NCBI GenBank assembly: GCA_002402315.1
Contig: DHFP01000251.1
Location: 19,465-83,464 of the forward strand
DNA from: Clostridiales bacterium UBA4821
GTDB taxonomy: Bacteria; Bacillota; Clostridia; Acetivibrionales; UBA4821
Length of the DNA: 64,000 bases
Direction: 5' to 3'
In this document: positions 17,974-27,567 of the stretch, in pieces
Position numbering within the stretch: position 1 is the first letter of the stretch
Layout: every line of letters starts with the position of its first letter
Translations under genes and position numbers: made by a program
Notes under the pieces: generated by a model
Seen by the model: only the letters and a program-made list of their open reading frames with translations
The model's database searches: none
Told to the model about the DNA's origin: nothing

Positions 17974-20900
17974 ATGGTGGATACTATGAATTTTCTTGAG
18001 GGGTTAAATGAGCAACAGATGAAAGCAGTAGTGCACGGTGAGGGACCGCTGCTTATACTTGCAGGGGCAGGAAGCGGCAAGACAAGGGTTTTGACCCATA
18101 GAATCACTTACCTGATTTCGGAGTTAGGGGTTAAACCATGGAATATACTGGCTATTACATTTACAAACAAAGCAGCAAGGGAGATGAAGACCAGGGTATC
18201 CCATTTGCTTGGGACGGCCGGAGAGGATATGTGGATCAGCACATTTCACTCAGCTTGTGTGAGAATTTTGAGAAGAGATATAGATAAGCTGGGGTATGAT
18301 AAAAACTTTGTTATTTTTGATTCTTCCGACCAGCAGGTTGTAATTAAAGAGTGTTTAAAAGAATTAAACCTGAATGACAAGAATTTTCCTCCCAAATCAG
18401 TGCTGAGTGAAATAAGCAAGGCAAAGGATGAAATGATAGATTCAGCCGCCTATTCCAATATGTATGCCTCTGATTTCAGGTTGGGTAAAATTGCGAAGAT
18501 CTATGAGCTATACCAAAAAAAGATAAAGCTGAATAATGCCCTTGATTTTGATGATATTATCTTTAAAGCCGTAAATTTATTGCTAGAACATCCGGATGTT
18601 TTGGATTATTATCAGTCCAGGTTTAAATATTTACTTGTTGATGAGTATCAGGACACAAATAGCGCTCAGTTTACATTGATAAGTTTGCTTTCAGCCAGGT
18701 ACGGCAACATATGTGTTGTTGGCGATGATGACCAGTGTTTAATACAGGGCACACAAGTTCATACGCCTGAGGGTATTGTACCTATACAGGAAATTAGTGA
18801 AGGACAAAATGTACTATGCGCATCAGGTTTCGGAGAGGTAATGGCAGGAACGGTTAATAAAAAAATTACTAAGGATTATAAAGGGACTATTATTAGAATT
18901 AGAACAAGAACCGGAAAAGAAATAAAGGCAACACCTAACCATATTGGGTTTGCAAAAATAAATTACCAATCTGGAGTATATTACGTATATCTGATGTATA
19001 AAAGAGGTATTGGTTATAGAATTGGACAAACGCAAGGTGTAAGAAGTCGAAAAGGTGAATTTACTAACGGTTTATTTGTTAGGCTTAACCAGGAACATGG
19101 AGATAAAATGTGGATTTTAAGGGTATGCTTTGATAAGGAAGATGCGACATACTATGAGCAATTATACTCAATTAAGTATGGTATTCCTACAACTGTTTTC
19201 CATGGTTTAGGAAGGCGGATTTTACTATCAAAGGGTTATATTGAAAAAATATTTAAAGAAATAAATACTGAAAATGCTGCAAAAAAATTAATGGGAGACC
19301 TAATTCTCTTTGAAGAGTATCCGCATCATGTTTGCAATGCTGTTGTAAGAGGAGAATCAGTAAGGCGAATTATAAATATTACATCTTTTGGAGGGAGAAA
19401 AACCGGAACAGATTCTGGATGGCATAGTCACCGTATTTGCTTAAATACTTCAGGAGAGGAATTAAGGACAAAAGCCAAGCAGGATAATTTTCCTGTTAGA
19501 AATGGAAACCGGAGTACTTGGAGAATAGAGACAGAAAGAAAAGAATATGATCATGCAGATATGTACGCTGATGAAATTATAAAACTGGATGAGAGTCTGG
19601 ACATTGTAAAAAAAGCTAGATTAACAAAAAAATGTAGTTTTAATTATATGCCGTTATCTCATATGAAGCCCACCATGAGTATAGCAATATTAGATAATGG
19701 TGAAATTGTGGAAGATATAATAGAAGAAGTAGAGTTTGAGTATTACGAAGGGAAAGTATACGACTTATCTGTTCCTCATTTGAGGCAGTATATAAGTGAG
19801 GGAATTGTTGTTCATAATTCAATTTACGGATGGAGGGGCGCAAACATTAGAAATATCCTGGACTTTGAAAAGGAATTTCCAGGGACAAAGGTTGTCAAGC
19901 TTGAACAAAATTACAGGTCTACACAGAGTATCCTGGATGCTGCGAATAGTATTATTAAGAATAATCCGGGCCGTAAGAGCAAAAAACTGTGGACTCAAAA
20001 CGGCAAGGGTGAAAAGATAAGTTATTTTTGCGCGTCTAATGAGCATGAAGAGGCTGAATTTATTCTACATGAGATAAATAGTCAGCTTAAGGATGGCGAT
20101 AGAAAGTATTCCGACTTTGCGGTTCTATATAGAATGAACGCCCAATCACGTGTACTGGAAGAAGCGTTTATGAAATATGGAATACCGTATAAGCTGGTTG
20201 GAGCATTAAAATTCTATGATAGAAAGGAAACCAAGGACCTCCTGGCTTATCTTAGAGTAATTCACAATCCATCAGATTCTGTAAGCTTGAAGAGGATAAT
20301 CAACGTTCCCAAGAGAGGCATAGGTAAAGCTACAATTGAACTATTGGAACAGCAGGCAGCTGCCAGAGGGGTTTCAATATTTACCTTGATACAAGCTGTT
20401 GACAGCATACAGGGGATAAGCAGGGGTGCAGCAGCACTTCAGGATTTCTCTTCAATGATGTGTGGTCTTATGGCACTAAAAGAGAAGATGAAGGTGTCTG
20501 AATTTATTGGTGAAGTCCTTCAGAAATCCGGCTATCTTAAAGAACTGGAAGATGAAAACACCCTTGAAGCACAGGGGAGAATTGAAAACCTTAAGGAGTT
20601 CATATCTGTTGCAGTTGAGTTTGAAAGAGAAAATCAGGATGCAGACTTAGGTTCATTTTTAGAGAATGTTTCACTGGTTGCCGATATTGATACCATGGAT
20701 GAAAGCAACGATGCTGTGATTTTAATGACTTTTCATAGTGCCAAGGGACTTGAATTTCCTGTGGTATTCATGGTGGGTATGGAGGAAGGTGTTTTTCCCG
20801 GGTACCGCTCTATTGGTGAAGAGAGTGAAATGGAGGAAGAAAGAAGACTATGCTATGTGGGGATAACCAGGGCACGCAGACAGTTGTTTATGACAGGTGC

Positions 20901-21324
20901 ATACTCCCGGACCCTCTTTGGCAGTACAACTTATAATAAGGCTTCAAGATTTTTAAGGGAAATTCCCGGGGATTTGATAGATGGCTTTGAAAGTAGTGTC
21001 AGGGACAACCGGAGAGACAGGTTAATGTCCTGGGATTCAACCGGTAATGACTTTGGAGGAGGTTCGTTATATTCAAGGAAAGCTCAAGGTGCTTATAAGG
21101 AACCGGTAGAGCTGGATGCTTACAGACACAGTAGAACGGCACATGATACCCTGGATTTATCGGAATTTAAGGCTGGAGTTCAGGTTGAGCACAAGAAATT
21201 CGGAATTGGAGTAATAACCAAAGTGGAAGAGGAAGGCAGTGACCTAAAGCTGGATATAGCCTTTAAAGGTTTTGGCGTGAAAAGACTGATGGCACAGTTT
21301 GCAGGGTTGAAGATAATTGAATGA
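17974..21324 (+). CDS. pcrA: ATP-dependent DNA helicase PcrA/UvrD, intein-containing precursor
   Basis: Walker A AGAGSGKTRV and motifs DEYQDTN, VVGDDDQ|...|SIYGWRGA, QNYRS and TFHSAKGLEFPVVF. Motif III is interrupted by an insert. Confidence 0.95.
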   Translation: MVDTMNFLEGLNEQQMKAVVHGEGPLLILAGAGSGKTRVLTHRITYLISELGVKPWNILAITFTNKAAREMKTRVSHLLGTAGEDMWISTFHSACVRILRRDIDKLGYDKNFVIFDSSDQQVVIKECLKELNLNDKNFPPKSVLSEISKAKDEMIDSAAYSNMYASDFRLGKIAKIYELYQKKIKLNNALDFDDIIFKAVNLLLEHPDVLDYYQSRFKYLLVDEYQDTNSAQFTLISLLSARYGNICVVGDDDQCLIQGTQVHTPEGIVPIQEISEGQNVLCASGFGEVMAGTVNKKITKDYKGTIIRIRTRTGKEIKATPNHIGFAKINYQSGVYYVYLMYKRGIGYRIGQTQGVRSRKGEFTNGLFVRLNQEHGDKMWILRVCFDKEDATYYEQLYSIKYGIPTTVFHGLGRRILLSKGYIEKIFKEINTENAAKKLMGDLILFEEYPHHVCNAVVRGESVRRIINITSFGGRKTGTDSGWHSHRICLNTSGEELRTKAKQDNFPVRNGNRSTWRIETERKEYDHADMYADEIIKLDESLDIVKKARLTKKCSFNYMPLSHMKPTMSIAILDNGEIVEDIIEEVEFEYYEGKVYDLSVPHLRQYISEGIVVHNSIYGWRGANIRNILDFEKEFPGTKVVKLEQNYRSTQSILDAANSIIKNNPGRKSKKLWTQNGKGEKISYFCASNEHEEAEFILHEINSQLKDGDRKYSDFAVLYRMNAQSRVLEEAFMKYGIPYKLVGALKFYDRKETKDLLAYLRVIHNPSDSVSLKRIINVPKRGIGKATIELLEQQAAARGVSIFTLIQAVDSIQGISRGAAALQDFSSMMCGLMALKEKMKVSEFIGEVLQKSGYLKELEDENTLEAQGRIENLKEFISVAVEFERENQDADLGSFLENVSLVADIDTMDESNDAVILMTFHSAKGLEFPVVFMVGMEEGVFPGYRSIGEESEMEEERRLCYVGITRARRQLFMTGAYSRTLFGSTTYNKASRFLREIPGDLIDGFESSVRDNRRDRLMSWDSTGNDFGGGSLYSRKAQGAYKEPVELDAYRHSRTAHDTLDLSEFKAGVQVEHKKFGIGVITKVEEEGSDLKLDIAFKGFGVKRLMAQFAGLKIIE
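18736..19818 (+). mobile_element. intein (361 codons) inside pcrA
   Basis: Starts with Cys (CLIQGTQVHTPEG), contains a TPNH block-B motif, and ends ...GIVVHN followed by Ser+1. Excision restores GDDDQSIYGWRGA. Confidence 0.85.
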
Positions 21325-21529
21325 TAAATTAAATAAACAAAATAAAGTTGAGAAATATTTATTATTAGAAAAAGGCATACATGATATAATTCAATCTAAA
21401 TATGTCGACTAATGTAATAGTTTCCTGGTTAACTGGGAAAGAGAAGAATAAGTAAAACTCCTGATTATTAAAAGGAGGGTAGAGACGAGGAAAGTATTTT
21501 CAAGTTTAAAAAAGGAGGTTGAACAGTCA

Positions 21530-21820
21530 ATGACGGATGAAAAAAACAAATGCGCTACCCAGGATCATGATCATGATGAAATCCTCACTCTCGTTGATGA
21601 AGACGGCAATGAGAAGAATTTTATGGTGCTCGACATCTTGGAGGTGGACGGTTCTGAGTATGCAGTTCTCCTTTCGGAGGACGAAGATGATGAAGCGATA
21701 ATTTTGAAGTTTTCTGGTAAAGATGATGAAGGTCACGAACTCCTCGTCGACATCGAAGATGACGATGAGTGGGAGAAAGTTGCCGATGTCTGGGAGGAAA
21801 TGGTGGCCCAGGAAGAATAG
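21530..21820 (+). CDS. DUF1292-family small acidic protein
   Basis: ILTLVDEDGNEKNFMVLDILEVDGSEYAVLL...DDEAIILKF pattern. Strong AGGAGG RBS. Confidence 0.7.
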   Translation: MTDEKNKCATQDHDHDEILTLVDEDGNEKNFMVLDILEVDGSEYAVLLSEDEDDEAIILKFSGKDDEGHELLVDIEDDDEWEKVADVWEEMVAQEE

Positions 21821-21840
21821 GAATAACAGCTACATTTGTG

Positions 21841-21870
21841 ACTGCCGGTCTTTTGCCGGGCAGTTTTACT
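21841..21870 (+). terminator. intrinsic terminator
   Basis: ACTGCCGG...CCGGGCAGT stem followed by TTTTACTTTT. Confidence 0.65.
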
Positions 21871-21950
21871 TTTACTTTGATGGATAAGTTCAAGTTGACG
21901 GAATCTATTATCTCATATATAATTTTGAGTAAATCTTATAAATAAGTAAT

Positions 21951-22027
21951 GCGCCCATAGCTCAGTTGGATAGAGCATCTGACTTCGGATCAGAGGGCCG
22001 GGGGTTCGAATCCTCCTGGGCGCGCCA
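21951..22027 (+). tRNA. tRNA-Arg (anticodon TCG)
   Basis: Cloverleaf by hand: acceptor GCGCCCA/TGGGCGC, D-arm GCTC/GAGC, anticodon stem TCTGA/TCAGA with loop CTTCGGA, T-arm GGGGG-TTCGAAT-CCTCC, encoded CCA. Confidence 0.9.
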
Positions 22028-22034
22028 TGTTAAA
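21980..22034 (+). repeat. attL: 55-bp direct repeat (3' two-thirds of tRNA-Arg plus 7 nt)
   Basis: Identical to 36179-36233 (TGACTTCGGATCAGAGGGCCGGGGGTTCGAATCCTCCTGGGCGCGCCATGTTAAA). Confidence 0.9.
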
Positions 22035-22152
22035 AACCGCTTGAGAATTACTCTTGAGCGGTTTTATATATATAATTCAAAGTGGATTTCCATGCCCAAA
22101 AGTTGTGATTTTTGGACGCAAAAGTTGTGAAAAGGTTGTGAAAAAAGAGCCC

Positions 22153-22734
22153 TTAATTGGACTCTTTTTTAAGATCAACTACATTTGATTTTTGGGGTTC
22201 TTTATAAAGCGTTTCTAATTTTGCTATGGTCTTTTTCTTTCGCTCATTTGATAAGTGCGTATATACTTTTCTCATTATATTTATATCGTGTCCCATAAGT
22301 TCTGCAGCAGATACTTCATCAATTCCAGCGTCATAAAGTCCTGTACAATAAGTATGCCTTAATAATCTAAAAGTAAGAATAAATTTATGATCAATCATTT
22401 TTTCATTATCCTTATGCTTGAACCAATTTTTAATTCTTTTATTAGCACTTCTCCATATCCTATTGAGTTCCGATAATCCCATTGGATCGCCTGCATGTCC
22501 AGGGAATAAATATAAGCTATTTTTTGCTGTTTTTTGATATTGCTTAAGATAATTTAAAAGTTCTTCAGGTATAGGAATATCTCTTATACCTCTATATGTT
22601 TTAGTAGTTTTAGTCTTAGGCTTAGATTTATAAAACTCAGTTGCTTTTGTTACTTTGATTATTCCTTCTTCTAAATCAATATCATTTCTTAATAACGCAA
22701 GAGCTTCTCCCATTCTCATTCCACGAAACTTCAT
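22153..22734 (-). pseudogene. tyrosine recombinase/integrase, N-terminally truncated (catalytic domain only)
   Basis: 193 codons starting within the ...GMRMGEALAL... box I region. LLRHTYCT, GH and VYTHL (catalytic Tyr) are present. The arm-binding and core-binding domains are missing. Confidence 0.8.
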
Positions 22735-22794
22735 ATATCAGAAGGCCGGTAAGAATACTGCAGTTTAAGACTACGAGATAGAGGGGGTATATAC

Positions 22795-24635
22795 ATGGCT
22801 TATATGCCCGTAAAAATAAAATTTAAAGATAATACACAGGAAAAACGCTTAGAGCGCATGGATGGTGGTATCAATACTAAATTCCATGAAGCTTTAATAG
22901 GCGATATACAAGCCGCTGAAATGCTCAATCTAAATGCAAATGACAGAGGGGCATTGACGAAAAGAAAAGGACAAGAGGTATTCAGGCAGTTTGCGAGCGG
23001 TCCCGTGCACGCAGCAGCCTACTACAAGGATAAATGGGTAGCAGCTCACAGCACAAAGATAAGCACCTGGAACGGCACAACAGAAACTGAAATAGCAAGC
23101 GGGCTTACCTCACAAAAGGGTAAGTTTGTTTTTTTAGTGATGTTCTGCTCTACTGGAATGGAGCTCAGCTAAAGCAAATAGACAGTACATTTACTTGTAC
23201 TGATGTAGAAGCCAGCGCATATGAACCTACCCTGACATTAGGCCGTGGTCCATCTGGCGGCGGAACTCCATACGAGGAATGGAACCTGTTAACTCCTAGA
23301 TTTAAAGATAGCTTTAGTCCTGATGGAACATCAACTGCATATCCTATGAGTTTGACTAATTTAGATGCAGCTGCTGTTATCGCCTGGATAAACGGGGTAC
23401 AGAAAACAGAAGGCGTGGACTTCACTGTAAACCGTACTACTGGAATTGTAACATTCACCGCTGCTCCTGCATCCGGTACCAACACACTTGTAATTCAAGC
23501 AGAGAAAACACAAGCTGGATTCGCAGACAGGATAAAGAAATGCATATACGTTGAACTGTATGGCGGTGGCAGTAATGATACAAGGCTGTTTATTGCTGGA
23601 AATGAGGATTACAAGAATGTTTACAGGTACAGTGGATTAACCGGTAATACTGCATATGACTTCAAATACTTCCCTGAAAACAGTTTTAATAGAATAGGCT
23701 CAGATGCAAAGCTGATAACCGGATTCTCTAAATACTATGGAAAGCTGATAGCTTTTAAGGAAGACCAGATTTTTTCTATCAGCTACAGTTACACTAATGG
23801 TACATCCACATTCCCGGTACAATCATTGAATAGTAAGATGGGCTGTAACATGCCTGGAAGTATACAGATAATAGGTGATGCGCCTGTATTCGCACATAGT
23901 CAATATGGAGTATACACAATAGTATCAACCCTACTGGAAAATGAAAAGAATGTAAAGACTCTATCAGCGAATATAGAAGGTTCTACATTCAGGCCGGGAT
24001 TACTTGATGAGACAGAAGAGGACTTAAAGAATTGCTCCAGTGTAGATGCAGACGGCAAGTATTGGCTGTGCGTTGGTTCAAAAGTATGGGTATGGGATTA
24101 TAAGCTGTCTCCATATCCGAATGGACTAACAGATGACAGCCTGAAATGGTTTCCATATGACAATATAAATGCTAATTGCTTTTTGGTTATTGAAAGGGAA
24201 CTGTATTACGGTGATAGGTCAACAGGTAGGTTGGTGAAGTTTATAGACAACTACAACGATTTAAGCCAGCCAATAAATGCATACATGGTTACTAAGTCCT
24301 TCAATTTTGATTTACCGGATTGGGAGAAAACTGTACCGGAACTATGGATTGTTACGAGGTCGGGTACTAATACAACTCTCGAAATTACCTATTATGACGA
24401 CTATAATGTAACCTCTGACCCAGTAACAGTGAAATCAGCAAGTTTTTCAGCAGCAAGTCTTAACCTAGCCAATTTTAGTGTAGCGGTTTATAGGTTCCCG
24501 ATAACGGTTAAACGTAAGCCAAAGCTGAAGAAAATACGAAACGTTCAGTTTAAGATAGCTAATAATGAACTGAATAGGAATCTATCAATAATGAGTATGG
24601 TTATTTCATTTGAACCAGAACAGAAAGTAAAATAA
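22795..24635 (+). pseudogene. tail tubular protein B (nozzle)-like structural protein, split into two frames at a T7 run
   Basis: ORFs 22795-23172 and 23124/23346-24635 overlap. They join through TTTTTTT at 23129-23135. N-terminal MDGGINTKF... and C-terminal ...YRFPI... recall T7 gp12-type proteins, from memory only. Confidence 0.5.
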
Positions 24636-24654
24636 CCAAAGCGAGGTGATATTT

Positions 24655-26355
24655 ATGCCATTCAAATTTGACAATAGCAGTCCGTCAACTATACCAAATC
24701 AAGGCTGGAATGATACAGTTAATTGGCCAACTGAGGCGGCAGATGAACCAGAAGCAAGAGATTTATTGCAAAAGCAGCATGACCAGACAAGGGACTATAT
24801 AAACAAGTATGTTAATACCGGAGTAGATACAGGCGCAGCTAATGCTCTTGCAGTAACATTCGACCCCGCTCCTGCAAGCTATATTGATGGGTATGAGCTT
24901 GTTGTAAAGGCTGTTAATGCAAATACAGGAGCTTGTACGATAAATGTAAATGCACTAGGAGCAAAAGCAATAAAGAAGAATTACAATGAGGATTTGGTCG
25001 CAGGTGATATAAAGGCAGGACAAGAGATACACCTGAAGTATGATGGTGCTAATTTTCAGTTATTGTCATCAACTGCTTATAATGCTGAAACTGTGGCACA
25101 ACGTGACAGAGGCTTCTCTCTCGACCTGCCCTATTACTATCAGTGTAATGTGAAGCAGATACTTACATTTGACAGTGGCGGAGATGCTGGGGTTACTTTT
25201 ACTTACGGTGCTTATAATACATCAATATATAAGACCGGAGATGCTTCGAGAGGTTTTACAAATGCAGCTGGTATACAAACTATGTGTATTTCATGGAGTA
25301 ATAATATAGATTTATCTGTATTTAATAATGGTTCGGCTAGCACTGCAAATGATTATATAACTCTTTGCGTATACATTGGCGGTACACTACCTAGTAAAAT
25401 TTGTATTGAATTTTCAACATCGAATACCGGCTCAGATATTGATTCGAAGGAGTTTTTTTATGACATTTCATCATTGTCTGCGGGATGGAATTTTATAAAA
25501 ATCCCTAAATCCGGATTTATTAAGACAGGATTACCGGATTGGAGTAGTCTTGGTTATCTGAGGCTATTTTATGAAGGTGGAGACGCGACTACTGATGTTT
25601 ATTTTGATAATCTGCAATTGGTTCGTAAAGACCCAAGCGAAGCGAAGCCTAACCCATTCCAACGTCAAATCAATGGGGTGTGGACTAGAGAAGCAAATCC
25701 TGCTGATGGCGAATGGACAGTAGTTCAAGAGTTCGGTAAAACAGTATTGCGAGAATTAACGGTAACAGAAACAGTTGTTAATCTAATAGGAACAACTGTG
25801 TATGGAGATTTTGAGTCTCAATTGACTATATCGCTAAAAGTTGATAACTATAGCGGTGCAGCATTATGTTACTATATAAATGCCGCCACCAAAGAACGTG
25901 TCTATTGTACGATTTTTCAAAACGAGCTCCACCTGAGTTATTTCGATGGCGCGGGCTATACTTCTTTAAACACCAAATCCTTTATTGCGGTGGCCGGAGA
26001 TGTAATTACTATGAAATTAATTAAAAAAGGCAGTACATTTACTGTAATTATAATAAAAAATGGTGATGACTATAATGCGGTGATCCTGACGGGGACGAAT
26101 AATGCAGCAACTGGGTATTTTGGGATGTCTAGTTGCTATGCTTTGGCAAGTGTTTTGAGTGCAGGAATAACCACAACAGAATATGCAAGTGAGGCGGGGA
26201 ATAGCCAAGCTACACAAAATAATGCTGTACTATATAAAGCAGGTGCGTTTACAGCGAATGAATTGCCAGTAAATAAGTATGGCATAGACACTACAAACAA
26301 CAGGTTGTATGTTAAGTACCCAAATGGGACAATAAAGTATGTAGCCTTGACTTAA
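24655..26355 (+). CDS. phage tail fibre / receptor-binding protein
   Basis: ATG 24655 follows GAGGTG. The N-terminus (NALAVTFDPAPASY...GACTINVNALGAKAIKK...G...L.YDGANFQLL) is typical of phage tail-fibre shoulder domains. Confidence 0.6.
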   Translation: MPFKFDNSSPSTIPNQGWNDTVNWPTEAADEPEARDLLQKQHDQTRDYINKYVNTGVDTGAANALAVTFDPAPASYIDGYELVVKAVNANTGACTINVNALGAKAIKKNYNEDLVAGDIKAGQEIHLKYDGANFQLLSSTAYNAETVAQRDRGFSLDLPYYYQCNVKQILTFDSGGDAGVTFTYGAYNTSIYKTGDASRGFTNAAGIQTMCISWSNNIDLSVFNNGSASTANDYITLCVYIGGTLPSKICIEFSTSNTGSDIDSKEFFYDISSLSAGWNFIKIPKSGFIKTGLPDWSSLGYLRLFYEGGDATTDVYFDNLQLVRKDPSEAKPNPFQRQINGVWTREANPADGEWTVVQEFGKTVLRELTVTETVVNLIGTTVYGDFESQLTISLKVDNYSGAALCYYINAATKERVYCTIFQNELHLSYFDGAGYTSLNTKSFIAVAGDVITMKLIKKGSTFTVIIIKNGDDYNAVILTGTNNAATGYFGMSSCYALASVLSAGITTTEYASEAGNSQATQNNAVLYKAGAFTANELPVNKYGIDTTNNRLYVKYPNGTIKYVALT

Positions 26356-26374
26356 TTGTAAAAGCCCCCAAATA

Positions 26375-26383
26375 TGGTATAAT
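26375..26383 (+). promoter_or_regulatory. extended -10 promoter (TGGTATAAT)
   Basis: Part of the 14-nt AATATGGTATAATA at 26371-26384, which is repeated at 27194-27207. It lies 20 nt upstream of ATG 26403. Confidence 0.5.
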
Positions 26384-26402
26384 AGAAGTAGGAGGAGATT
26401 GT

Positions 26403-27185
26403 ATGAAGCGCATAATCACATTAATCTTAATAACCTTACTAATTGCCGTCCCGGTATTCGCCGGAACGGTAATATACAAACTTACACAAGCCCAATATCC
26501 AGTTTTAGTTGATGGTCAAGCGATTAAGTCTAATTTACCTGTAATGACGTACAGGACTGCCCAGGGCGATAATACATACGTGCCTATGAGGGTAGTGCTT
26601 GAAATGATGGGCGCTAAAGTGTTGTGGAATGGGTCTGCGAATATCACAACTCCGCAGGCTGACCCTACAAAAGTAGCGAATAGTGTTGTAGAGATATACG
26701 TCAGTAAGAATGGTATGGACGTAAAACAAGGCTCCGGTGTAATAATTGGATATGATGAAATAGTAACGTGCTCCCATGTAGCCGATAAAGGAGATTCATA
26801 CAGGATAATATATAACGATGGCACTACTACAACTGCAAAGTTGGTCAAGGATAATCCTGCTGTCGATATTGCAGTGCTTGACCCTGTAAAAGAAGATGTA
26901 AAGCCTACAAAGATTGGTGACAGTGATGAAGTAAAGGTGGGCGACAAGGTATTTGTGATTAGTTCACCGGATGAGAAAAGAAACGTTGTTTCGGAAGGTA
27001 AAGTGTTAAGTATTGACGATAAATCCATATATGTTACGGCAACAGGCAATAACGGAAGTTCAGGTGGTGGATTATTTCTAGCAAAGAACGGAGAAATTGT
27101 TGGTATGGTTGACTCTGGAAATGACATCACCAAATATTGTGATGCAATACCGATTAATGATGTTAGAAAAGCAATGTCAAACTAA
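26403..27185 (+). CDS. secreted trypsin/V8-like serine protease with an N-terminal copper-amine-oxidase-like stalk domain
   Basis: Signal peptide, stalk-domain pattern (VLVDGQAIKS...YVPMRVVLEMMGAKVLWNG), and candidate triad TCSHV / DIAVL / GSSGGGLF. Confidence 0.7.
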   Translation: MKRIITLILITLLIAVPVFAGTVIYKLTQAQYPVLVDGQAIKSNLPVMTYRTAQGDNTYVPMRVVLEMMGAKVLWNGSANITTPQADPTKVANSVVEIYVSKNGMDVKQGSGVIIGYDEIVTCSHVADKGDSYRIIYNDGTTTTAKLVKDNPAVDIAVLDPVKEDVKPTKIGDSDEVKVGDKVFVISSPDEKRNVVSEGKVLSIDDKSIYVTATGNNGSSGGGLFLAKNGEIVGMVDSGNDITKYCDAIPINDVRKAMSN

Positions 27186-27197
27186 AATCGTTTAATA

Positions 27198-27206
27198 TGG
27201 TATAAT
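27198..27206 (+). promoter_or_regulatory. extended -10 promoter (TGGTATAAT), second copy
   Basis: Same 14-mer as at 26371-26384. It lies 20 nt upstream of ATG 27226. Confidence 0.5.
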
Positions 27207-27225
27207 ATGGCGTGGAGGTGAAGGT

Positions 27226-27507
27226 ATGTTGACAAAATTATTTAATGCCATATTATACTGTCTTAATTGGATTATTAACATGTTTATAGCATTTTCAGTT
27301 TATATTTTCTATATTTTTAATGCTCCTGCCGTGATAGCTTTTTGGTTGTTAGAAACACATGGAGCTGAGCTAAAAATACCCGAGAGAAATAAGCGGACTT
27401 GCAGAATATTGTTAGTAATAGTGGCTAATATATTTTCAATAGGGGTGTACTTAATTATGTATTTTTTAGGAATATTTAAAATACTTGCTAACAACATACC
27501 TGATTGA
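27226..27507 (+). CDS. small three-TM membrane protein (prophage cargo)
   Basis: 93 codons, GGAGGTG RBS, three hydrophobic helices. No family recognised. Confidence 0.6.
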   Translation: MLTKLFNAILYCLNWIINMFIAFSVYIFYIFNAPAVIAFWLLETHGAELKIPERNKRTCRILLVIVANIFSIGVYLIMYFLGIFKILANNIPD

Positions 27508-27521
27508 CAATTACAAAATAT

Positions 27522-27545
27522 AAAAGGGCTTCGGCTCTTTTTTTA
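27522..27545 (+). terminator. intrinsic terminator closing the protease/membrane-protein insert
   Basis: AAAAGGGC-TTCG-GCTCTTTT followed by a T run. Confidence 0.65.
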
Positions 27546-27567
27546 TTCCAAAAAGGAGGTTGATGTT

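Noticed and set aside
21621-21893. 90-aa minus-strand ORF opposite the DUF1292 gene.
   Set aside because: It is a shadow of the highly acidic GA-rich coding strand (the translation is R/P rich). It also crosses the terminator.
26516-27133. 205-aa minus-strand ORF antisense to the prophage protease gene (also 26535-26777).
   Set aside because: It lies entirely inside a well-supported plus-strand CDS. The translation is low-complexity (S/T/P/F rich) with no RBS or motif. This is a typical shadow ORF.
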